Source: Aotus nancymaae (Eukaryota). Taken from it: 64,000 nucleotides of DNA. Positions 48,576-64,000 of the stretch are shown here, one piece after another. Positions within the stretch are counted from its first letter, which is position 1. The number at the start of each line of letters is the position of its first letter. The notes under the pieces were generated by a model. It saw only the letters and a program-made list of their open reading frames with translations, ran no database searches and was not told the origin of the DNA. Where the stretch lies: contig NW_026988463.1 of NCBI RefSeq assembly GCF_030222135.1, positions 27,048,907 to 27,112,906 on the forward strand. The letters run 5' to 3'. The translations under genes were made by a program, and so were the position numbers.

Positions 48576-48772
48576 AGCGTCTGCTATCTTCATCGTCATT
48601 ATCACCCTTTACCTAGCAACCTGGTATCCCAGCCTTGACACTACTTGCTCTGTGACCTTGGGGAGGTTACTTGATCCTCCTGTGTCCCAGTGTCCTCATC
48701 TATAAAATAAGGGATAATAATAGTATCTGACTCAAGAGTTCTTGTGAAAATTACATGAGACAGAATGTGTAA

Positions 48773-49075
<303 letters not shown>

Positions 49076-49233
49076 TGACTCACGCCCCCACCGGACCCCA
49101 GCTCCCAAACCTTCCCCTCTTCCTGACACCAAGCATAGTTGGAAGCACAAACTCCATGCCTGCTCGCCTCCGTGCTTGGATTCCTGAAACCTGACTCGCC
49201 TCCCTGCCCCAAAACTGCAAGGATCTCTTGTAA

Positions 49234-49633
<400 letters not shown>

Positions 49634-49751
49634 AGTATCTCGGTTCTTTCCTCTGTGTTGGCTTCATTCTCAGGCAGGCTTTCCCTGTGTGATGGACATG
49701 GCTGCTAACTTACATACCACCAACTTATTTTTTATTTTTTATTTATTTTAA

Positions 49752-50040
49752 TTTTTTTTTGAGATAGAGTCCCCCTCTGTTGCCCAGGCTGGAGCGTAGT
49801 GGCGTGATCTTGGCTCACTGCAGCCCCTTCCTCCAGGTTCAAGCGATTCTCATGCCTTGGCCACCTGAGTAGCTGGGACTGCAGGCACGCGCCACCATGC
49901 CCAGCTAATTTTTGGGTTTTTAGTAGAGACAGGGTTTCACCATGTTGCCCAGCTGGTCTTGAACTCCTGGACTCAAGTGATCCGCCCCCTGGGCCTCCCA
50001 AAGTGCCAGGATTACAAGAGTGAGCCACCTCACCCAGCCC
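49752..50040 (-). repeat. Alu SINE
   Basis: Reverse complement of the Alu consensus; TSD cataccaccaactta. Confidence 0.9.
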
Positions 50041-50409
50041 ATACCACCAACTTAATAACCTCATCTGAGAGTACACTCACGTATTTCCTGACAGCTCAGC
50101 AGAAATGCCAGGATAGGTGCTCACTGACCTGGCTAAGGTCCTGGTTAGCCTTAGCCTGAGCCAATCACTGAGCTAGGAGAAGGCAGTATTGGGATTGGCT
50201 GATCTGCCTCACGTGGCCTTCCCTGGTGGGCTCCAACTCAACCTCGTGGACTGCGAGTGGGGAAGGCATGCGTCCCAAAATTGAAATCAGGGTGCCGTTA
50301 CCAGAAGAAGGGGACATGAATGTGGATAGGTAGAAACAAGGAAGTCAGTGATCATGGAGGAAGAGGCATTTAAGCTTGGCCTTAAAGGACAGAGGGTATT
50401 TTAATATTA

Positions 50410-50695
50410 TTATTTTTGAAACAGGTCTTGCTTTGTTGCTCAGGCTGTAGTGCAGTAGCCCGATCATGGCTCACTGCAACCTCAACCTCCTGGGCTCAAG
50501 TGATCCTCCTGCCTCAGCCTGCCTAGTAGCTGGGACCACAAGTATGCACCACCATGCATAGCTAATTTTTATTTTTGTAGAGACAGCATCTCACTATGTT
50601 GCCCAGGCTCGTCTCCAACTGCAAGCTGAAGTGATCCTCCTGCCTCGGCCTCCCAAAGTGCTAGAATTATGGCCATGAGCCACCCTGCCTGGCCA
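50410..50695 (-). repeat. Alu SINE (AluJ-like)
   Basis: Diverged reverse complement of the Alu consensus. Confidence 0.85.
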
Positions 50696-50726
50696 ACAGA
50701 GGATATTTTAAAAGAGGAAGATTGAG

Positions 50727-51000
50727 GCCAGTTGTGTGACTCATGTCTCTAATCCCAATATTTTGGGAGGCCAAGGTGGGATGAGTTTTTGAGGCCAGGA
50801 GTTTCAGAACCAGTCTGAGCAACATAGTAAGATCCTGTGTCTATAAATTAAAAATTTAGCCAGGTATGGTGACACACACCTCTAGTCGTGGAAGGTTGAG
50901 GTGGGAGGATCACTTGAACCCAGGAGGTTGCAATGAGCTATGATTGCACTGCTGCACTCCAGCCTGGGCAACAGAGCATGACCCTGTCTCAAAAAAAGAA
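50727..51000 (+). repeat. Alu SINE (AluJ-like)
   Basis: Diverged Alu consensus. Confidence 0.85.
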
Positions 51001-51467
51001 AAGAAAATAAGAAAAGGAAAGGAAGGGAAAGAGAAGAGGGGAACTTTGAGAAAGAGCATCTCAGGCAAAAGGGAGGGTGTGAGCAAAGGTGAGGAAGTAG
51101 AGAAATGCCTGGTATGTTTGGGAAATGGAATTTCATTATGGCTGAAACAGAGGAGTCGTATAAATAGTTGCTAGAGAGAGACCAAAAAGGTGAAATGCTC
51201 AGAGATGAGAGGGTCTAGTGTTTGATATGAATCACGGGAGAAATGGAAATGGCACTGGGCCCTGATGGATGGGTAGGATTTGGACATGATACCTTGCATG
51301 TTAAGTAACGGTGAAATAGAACAGTGGATCTGCAAAAACCAATTGTGGAATAGATTCTGGAAGTGTTAAAGTGCAAACAGCACAGGTCTTTTAGTGAAAA
51401 TGGCAAGTTTTGAGACCTGGTTCCATAGTTGTAGGCCAATGCTGTTTTATGAGCTTAAGGTTCTTCA

Positions 51468-51760
<293 letters not shown>

Positions 51761-51767
51761 AAATATT

Positions 51768-52028
51768 TTTGAGATGGAATCTTGCTTTTGTCACCCATGC
51801 GGGAGTATAATGGCATGATCTTGGCTCACTGCAAACTTCACCTCCTGAGTTCAAGCGATTCTCCTGCCTCAGCCTCCTGAGTAGCTGGGATTACAGGCTT
51901 GCACCATCAAGCCTGGCTAATTTTTGCATTTTTAGTAAAGACAGTCTCGAACTCCTGACCTCAGTGATCCACCTACCTTGGCCTCCCAAAGTGCTGGGAT
52001 TACAGGCATAAGCAACTGCGCCTGGCCT
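51768..52028 (-). repeat. Alu SINE with an internal deletion
   Basis: Reverse complement of the Alu consensus. Confidence 0.8.
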
Positions 52029-52035
52029 CACTTTA

Positions 52036-52360
<325 letters not shown>

Positions 52361-52939
52361 TTTAAAAATCTAAGGGAAAAAAAAGGATTCCTCATTGGTA
52401 TCATAGGCACCTAAATCTTACCTCACAGGGAGTTTTGCAGCTAAGATACGATCAAGTGGGCAGAAACTCAAATGCTCTACAAATGTTCACTTTTGCTGAC
52501 TTAGACTGAAGTAAAAACTGAGTAACTTTTGCATTAGCTGCAATTTTGGGTTCTAGCAACAGCAAGGAGTGATCAGAATCCAACTGTTATTTCTGAGGAG
52601 AGAATACACCGACACCAGTCAGTTCTCCAAAGGCACCCCTCCCCTTACCCGCCCATCTCTGCTGTTTTCAGAGCCAAGTATCTGTGACTGGGAATCAAGC
52701 CATCTGGGCAAACCTGCTTCTGCTATTGTCTTCTGGGTGACCTTGAGCAAGTGGCATTTTGGTCTGTGGACCTCCTATCTGTAGAATGGTGGCTGGGATT
52801 TGGCTAGCTCAGGGGGTTCCCTCCAGAGGCCAGGGAGGCAAAACAAATACGTGAAAAAGGAGTGTTAGAATTGTTTTGACAATCTGGAGAGAGAGTGCTA
52901 AACCTGATGGCATTCAGTTTTTAAAAGCCCATCAAGGCC

Positions 52940-53260
52940 AGGGCAGTGGCTCACGCCTGTAATCCCAGCACTTTGGGAGGCCGAGGCGGACAGATGACCT
53001 GAGGTCAGGAGTTTGAGACCAGCCTGAGAAACATGGTAAAACCCCATCTCTACAAAAAAAAAAAAAAAAAAAAAAAAAATCAGAAAATGAGCTGCTTGGT
53101 GGGGTTTGCGTGCTTGTAGTCCTAGCTACTGGAAAGGCTGAGGCGGGAGGATCGCTTGAGCCTAGGAGATCTAGGCTGCAATGAGCTGTGATCACACTAT
53201 TGCACTCCAGCCTCAGCAACAGAGTGAAACCTTGTCTCTAAAAAAATAAAAAATAAAAAA
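52940..53260 (+). repeat. Alu SINE with an expanded middle A-tract
   Basis: Alu consensus with a 28-nt internal poly-A. Confidence 0.88.
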
Positions 53261-53264
53261 ACCC

Positions 53265-53400
53265 AGGTCGGGCACAGTGATTCATGTCTGTAATCTCAGC
53301 ACTTTGGGAAGTTGAGGCAGGCAGATCACTTGAAGCCAGGAGTTCGAGACTCACTTAGCCAACATGGTGAAATCCCCGTCTCTACTAAAAATACAAAATT
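53265..53400 (+). repeat. Alu monomer (FLAM-like)
   Basis: Monomer consensus. Confidence 0.75.
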
Positions 53401-54046
<646 letters not shown>

Positions 54047-54355
54047 TGAACTGGGGATCCCAGCAAGGCCGTTCAGGAAGGAGGGCTACATATCCAGACT
54101 TAATTGACCTAAGCCTTGGGTAAATCCCTGTCCCTTCAGAGACTGTTTTCTTAGCAGAATAACTGGTGGGCTTGTTACTGAATACAGGGGTCACAACCCA
54201 CCTATCTTCAAGAGCAAGAACTGCTGTTGGGTTAAGTCACAGATTGGGCAGGCTGGAGAGTGGGTAGGGAGAGTGGGTAGCTCCTGCTTCGTTAGGAGTA
54301 GGACTGGATATTGAGCACAAAAGGACCTAGATGTGGCAAGAAACAGGTGGATCAT

Positions 54356-54660
54356 GGCCGGGCGCGGTGGCTCACGCCTGTAATCCCAGCACTTTGGGAG
54401 GCTGAGGTGGGCAGATCACCTGAGGTCAGGAGTTCCAGACCAGCCTGCACAACATGGAGAAACCCCGTATCTACTAAAAATACAAAATTAGTCAGACGTG
54501 GTGGCGCATGCCTGCAATCCCAGCTACTCGGGAGGCTGAGGCAGGAGAATCACCTGAACCTGGGAGGCAGAGGTTGGATGAGCCAAGATCGTGCCATTGC
54601 ACTCTACCCTGGGCAACAAAAGCGAAACTCCGTCTCAAAAAAGAAAGAAAGAAAGAAACA
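54356..54660 (+). repeat. Alu SINE (CpG-rich, young)
   Basis: ggccgggcgcggtggctcacgcctgtaatcccagcactttgggaggctgagg...; TSD gaaacagg. Confidence 0.9.
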
Positions 54661-54670
54661 GGCAGATCAG

Positions 54671-55453
<783 letters not shown>

Positions 55454-55982
55454 TAGGACAATGCAGCCTTCCTTAGGGGCTATTGTGAACAAGCAGCCCT
55501 GGCCTGGTGCTTCTCACTCTTTGGAGGTTTCTGAGGCTGCCCCTGGAGCGATTTTCAGGGACACAGACCCAAACTGCATTATCACCAGCAAGTTGGGGAG
55601 GTCTGGGGAGAATCCAGTGAGCTGAATCGGTAAGAGAGGGTCCTGAGACAGCACTGAAGCTGAGGTGGGCGTGGCTTCAAAGCTGGTACTCCGGCAGGGC
55701 CTAGAGTTGTGCAGGGTGGTAGCAAATGTGGTCTATGATTGGCCAGAGCTGGAGCTGGGCTAGTCTGGGGTTCCCATGGTGATGGAGGAGGACTGGACAG
55801 TGGGCGGAGTTAGTAATGAGCAAGGTTAGGGATTGGCTAGAAGGACATGGGAGGAGCCATAGAATGGGGGGAACCATGAGGCACTAGCATAGGAGAAACC
55901 ATGATTGGTCAAAACGGAGGCGGCCCCAGACCCGGATAGGAGGATATGGACGGGGCTGGAGAGTAAGAGGGGCTACCGATGA

Positions 55983-56270
<288 letters not shown>

Positions 56271-56340
56271 TAGAGTCCCGGGATGGGCAGGGGTCGGGCC
56301 CCGCCCCTGCCCTATGGGTCGGGCAGAGATCCCGGGAGGT

Positions 56341-57101
<761 letters not shown>

Positions 57102-57644
57102 TGACCCCGCCTCTGCGGCGTCTGAGTTTCGCCCCTGAAAGGGTTCTGCCGGAGTTCCCACTGGGCTCCGCCCCCTCCACGCTTGGCTCCACCCGTCCTG
57201 CCCCACGCCCCGCCCCAATTCCACAGTCCTCTCGGTTGAAATTCTGGGAAGCCACTTTGCCAGGACCAAGGCTTGTCAGAGCCCTTGGTTTATTTGAATG
57301 CCGTCACTGAAGCCCCGTGCTGGGTTGGGGTTAGGAGAAGGGGATTCGAGCCCCTCCATGCCCTGATGGAGCTCGCAATGTGGGAGGAATAGGCAGGTTG
57401 GTGATCAGTGGGTGATTTCGGGCGAGGCACTTAGCATCTCTGAGCCTTGGTTTCCCCATCGGTGGAGTAGGACTCAGGTTGTGAAGCGCAGATGGAAAGT
57501 TCACAGGGCGCATGCTGCCTGGGCGTGGAGAAGGGCCGTTGGGAGAGTAGTGGGCTCATTTTCGCAGGGCTGGGGCAGGAGATTTCACAGAGGAGGTAAC
57601 ATTTAAAGGAGCTGGGAGTGTGCATCTTTTAGAAGAGCAGAAAG

Positions 57645-58152
<508 letters not shown>

Positions 58153-58589
58153 TCACTTTCTCCAAATTTTGGGAAGCCAGCCGCAAGGACATGGGGCCGT
58201 AGTTCTATGTGGCATCTGGAAGCAATGGTGGGACCAAGGGGAGAAGCTTTAAGAAGCCAGATTTGGGCTGGACACTCCCCACCCCTGGAAGGATTCACAG
58301 GCTGCTATCAGGCCTGGATGGGGCTAAGAGTTCAGCTGGCCTTGCTGCCTTGGGCTCAGGAGGGAACCTGTCCAAGGCAGCAGATTGAGCCTGAAGATGT
58401 GCCAAGACCCACATCTCTGAGTCCCTGTCCAGTGCTCCATGGCTGTGACCTGTGCAGATTCCAGCTCTGCCATTCCTTGGCTGAGTGACCGTGGGCCTCA
58501 GTTCTTTGACTGCCCTGAGCCCTGGATTCCAAGGGAGATGACAGTGACATTGGCCTCTCAGGATAAACAGGATTAAATATTATGTTTGT

Positions 58590-59190
<601 letters not shown>

Positions 59191-59556
59191 ATATTTGTTT
59201 GTAAAACATTTAGCAGGATGCCTGGCTCAGATTTATATACAAGAAATGGCTATGATTATGATTCCTTCACAACAGGGTGGTAAACTAAAATGCCTGCAGG
59301 CAGGCAATGTACGTGTGTACTGGGCTGGGCATGATGAGAATGTGGGAGACAGGAGAGCTGGGCCCCTTCTAAAGAGGGCAGCTGCTGTTGTGCAAATGAC
59401 ATGCCATGCCTGGCTCATACTGCTGGGACTTGGCTGGTATGCTCTGGTACGGTGGTTAAATATTTTGAATTTCACCCCAGGATAGGGGCTTGGGATTGCC
59501 CCAAGCAACCTGTTTTCTAAAAGGAGCCTGAAATATAACTAAATTGAATTTTTTTA

Positions 59557-59875
<319 letters not shown>

Positions 59876-60049
59876 AGTCTGTCATTCTGGTCTGAAAATA
59901 AATGCACTGCATTGCATTTTAAGTTTTTCCAATTCATGCTCTCTTCCTTCTGAGGAAGTGCTGGGAAGTGCATGTGTGTGCAGAGATGTTCAGGGGAAAT
60001 GGCCTGAGGCTCAGGCCTCTTCCAGCCCTAGCATTCTGGGAGATTTTAT

Positions 60050-60531
<482 letters not shown>

Positions 60532-60568
60532 TAGCCCTGGGAGAGCCCGTCTGCCCCGTGCCCAGTAG

Positions 60569-60862
<294 letters not shown>

Positions 60863-61266
60863 TAGCACATTTGAGAGCTCCCGGTTCTCCTCCTGTGGCC
60901 TCGTGTCCTCACGGGTGTGTCCAGGAGCCCTGGGTCGTGTGAGGTCATGGGATTCGCTCAGGGGTGTCGTAGAGGGGGCCTTGGCTTGGAAGTTCCTTGC
61001 TGTCTCTGGATAGGCCTCAGTTTCCCTATCTCTGACAAATTCAGAGTGTCCAGGAACCCTGACTTTTTAGGGGTCTGGAGAAAGAGGACAAAGGCCCTGT
61101 GCTGGTCACTCCTCTCTCTTCCCCACCAAGGGAAAGAGAAAATTGAGGTTGAGCAGAGGGCAGAGAGAACCAGGCTGTCCAGCCCAGCCCCACTGGGCTC
61201 CAGGCCCTTCCAGCCTCCTCCCCTCCCTGGCTCAGACCCCATCCCCTCCCCCTCCTCTCCCTGCAG

Positions 61267-61305
61267 TTGCCTATGAGGAGCTCCTGGACAACCGAAAACT
61301 GGAAG
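61267..61305 (+). CDS. SEZ6L2: SEZ6L2 coding exon 15 (39-nt cassette exon, probably alternatively spliced)
   Basis: Acceptor ccctgcag. Encodes (V)AYEELLDNRKLE. Donor GTCAGT at 61306. Including it gives a 923-aa product. Confidence 0.8.
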
Positions 61306-61395
61306 GTCAGTGAGGGCACAGGTGGAGACCCAGGCTGGCCAGGACGGGAGGGCAAGGCAGAGACCGGGGCAGGAGGCCAGGCCTTGGAGGGGTAA

Positions 61396-61602
<207 letters not shown>

Positions 61603-61700
61603 TAAGTAGCCTGCTTGGGTGCTGCCGGCCAGGGCAGACGTCTTGCTGGCCTGGCACCGGAGCCTGGGTCAGGGGAGCTCAGGGGCTCACCTGTTAATAA

Positions 61701-61949
<249 letters not shown>

Positions 61950-62218
61950 TGAGCACAGCGAGCCACATGTGGACGACAGGGATCGATAGGACCGTGGCTA
62001 AGTGGAGGGCTTGTGCCCCATCTCAAGGATACGGCTCTACCCCATAGTGGAAACAGGCTTAATTGGCAGATCTTCCAGTTGTTCAAGACAAGCCAGAAAT
62101 TCAGATTCTTGTGTCATTTTACGATGCTGTAGGGTGAATCAAACATTCACTGGCCAGATTCAGCCCCTGTGGCCCCCACAGCCCCCAGTGGTCAATGTTA
62201 CTTTAAAACTCAGGGTTG

Positions 62219-62360
62219 GGCCGGGCACGGTGGCTCATGCCTGTAATCCCAGCACTTTGGGAGGCTGAGGCGGACGGATCACAAGGTTAGGAGTTCTATA
62301 CCAGCCTGACCAACATGGTGAAACCCCAACTCTAGAAATAAAAATAAAAATAATAAAAAT
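62219..62360 (+). repeat. Alu left monomer (FLAM-like) in the last SEZ6L2 intron
   Basis: ggccgggcacggtggctcatgcctgtaatcccagcactttgggaggctgagg...; TSD ttaaaactcagg. Confidence 0.8.
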
Positions 62361-62453
62361 TTAAAAACTCAGGCTTGTTCCCCCTCCTCCCATTTGGCTG
62401 CCTCTTCTACCCCCATCAGAATCCAGCAACTGACCTTATCTCTCTGTCTTCAG

Positions 62454-62483
62454 GATACTCGGGAATATGAAGTTTCCATCTGA
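62454..62483 (+). CDS. SEZ6L2: SEZ6L2 terminal coding exon (stop TGA 62481-62483)
   Basis: Acceptor ctgtcttcag. Encodes DTREYEVSI*. The 18 exons total 2772 nt, giving 923 aa. Confidence 0.88.
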   Translation, partial: DTREYEVSI

Positions 62484-62648
62484 ACCCCAAGACTACAGCT
62501 GCAGGACCCAGGACGACCCTCCCCTCCTCATTCCAGACAGGGAGAAGTATGGGACCAGTCTCTGCCTCCTGGCTGCCCTCCTCCCTGGCTGTGTAAATAG
62601 TCTCCCCGTCCCACGAGGGGGCTTTGATGGCCCTGGAGATCCTACAGT

Positions 62649-62654
62649 AAATAA
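62649..62654 (+). terminator. SEZ6L2: Polyadenylation signal AATAAA (proximal candidate for SEZ6L2)
   Basis: cagtaaataaaccagc 166 nt after the stop. Confidence 0.4.
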
Positions 62655-62998
62655 ACCAGCATCCTGCCGCCCAAAGCCGCCTCTTCTCAGTTGCCAAATG
62701 AGGGGCCTGCCCCCCACCCTACTGGCTTTTGGATCCTGGGAGGGGAACTCTGCCCCCCTGCAAACCTTGTGGCCCCTCTTGCCCAGGGCACCCCTCAATG
62801 ACTGCCCCCGATAGCTCTACTGTTCCCTTGGCCACGAATGCCCCCCGACTCCCCTATGCCCTGGCCCTGGGCCTGACTCCGGCCAGGAGGGTCAGAAGAA
62901 GGATGAAGGGGAGATCTGGGACAAGGCCCTGCCCCCTTCCTGCCATCTCCCCACCCCACAGTCTCTCCACCTTTGCTTCTGAATTCTTGTTTTTGAGC

Positions 62999-63004
62999 AA
63001 TAAA
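62999..63004 (+). terminator. SEZ6L2: Polyadenylation signal AATAAA (distal candidate for SEZ6L2)
   Basis: gagcaataaacagaaaatc about 515 nt after the stop. Confidence 0.45.
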
Positions 63005-63364
63005 CAGAAAATCACCACTTGTAATTGGGCCGGTGGGGTGTGGGAAAGTGGTCACCGAGCGCTCGGTGACCTCCTCTCTGGAGAGAGGGCTGGGGAAAGG
63101 GGAACAATTTGAAAAAAAGAGGGAAATGTAAAAGTGGGCAGAGGGCAGTGTCCGGGGGTGGGGGCCTGGCCTGGGGTCAAAAAGCCTGGCTGTAAGCTCA
63201 GCCTCTGTGAAGCCCTCCCTGCCACCAGCCCCACTCTGGGCCACAGCGGCCTCTCCACCAGGCCTTGACCTTGTCAGCCTCTTCCAGCTGGGAGAGAATT
63301 GACAGGAGCCACTCCTCTTCTCTTACTGCTGGGCAGGAGGCAAATAGCTTTCAATTTCTTTCTT

Positions 63365-63635
63365 TTTAGAAACAGGGCCTAGCTCTGCCAGCCAGGCTGC
63401 AGTGCAGTGGTGGGGTCACAGCTCACTGCACCCTCAAACTTATCCTCCCGCCTCAGTATCCTGAGTAGCTGGGACTACAGGTGCAAGCCACTGTGCCTGC
63501 CTAATTTTTAAATTTTTTGTAGAAATGAGATCTTGCTTTGTTGCCCAGGCTGCTCTCAAACCCCTAGCCTCAAGCAATCCTTCCTTGGCTTACCGAAGTT
63601 CTGGGATTACAGGCATTAGCCACCAAACCTGGCTT
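63365..63635 (-). repeat. Alu SINE (AluJ-like)
   Basis: Diverged reverse complement of the Alu consensus. Confidence 0.8.
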
Positions 63636-63739
63636 TTCAATTTGTTTTATGACCAGTTTGCTTAAAATTCAACCCCCTTTGAGAATTTTTGTATCCATTC
63701 AAGTACACCATTTCTTCCCCGCCACCCCAATCTTTTTAG

Positions 63740-64000
<261 letters not shown>

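Overview
This is primate (human-type) genomic DNA with no prokaryotic features: no CRISPR arrays, operons or rRNA/tRNA genes. The translated exons identify three adjacent protein-coding genes, a gene order I recognise as the human 16p11.2 core interval, read here from the opposite strand to the reference. (1) KCTD13 (BTB/POZ adaptor, + strand) is complete: 6 coding exons from 12700 to 30931, encoding 329 aa. (2) ASPHD1 (aspartate beta-hydroxylase domain-containing 1, - strand) has 3 coding exons from 36791 to 31882. (3) SEZ6L2 (seizure-related 6-like 2, + strand) is complete: 18 coding exons from 38797 to 62483. The SEZ6L2 exons encode the signal peptide, a Pro/Thr-rich stalk, 3 CUB domains, 5 sushi domains, the TM segment and an NPxY tail, giving a 923-aa isoform that includes a 39-nt cassette exon. 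KCTD13 and ASPHD1 converge tail-to-tail with overlapping 3' ends. ASPHD1 and SEZ6L2 diverge from a shared CpG island of about 2 kb. That island carries an Sp1 GC-box cluster, a CCAAT box, a TATA-like motif and a 420-bp homopurine/homopyrimidine tract. Alu SINEs make up roughly 35-40% of the window: more than 80 copies in both orientations, many with recognisable target-site duplications (TSDs), including nested and tandem insertions. Other repeats are an L1 fragment, a THE1/MST MaLR LTR, Tigger (pogo-like) DNA-transposon remnants with a decayed transposase ORF, and a possible MLT1-type LTR pair. Positions 1-12100 are Alu-rich intergenic sequence upstream of KCTD13. Items outside existing annotation classes that merit a second look are: a degenerate 15-bp-unit minisatellite in SEZ6L2 intron 6, a 150-bp inverted repeat in KCTD13 intron 2, strongly purine-skewed SEZ6L2 introns 1-2, an intragenic GC-box/CpG cluster around SEZ6L2 exons 11-12, and uORF/upstream in-frame ORF structure at KCTD13. 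Exon coordinates were derived by hand from splice motifs and reading frames and may be off by 1-2 bp. I found no convincing evidence of an undescribed protein-coding gene.
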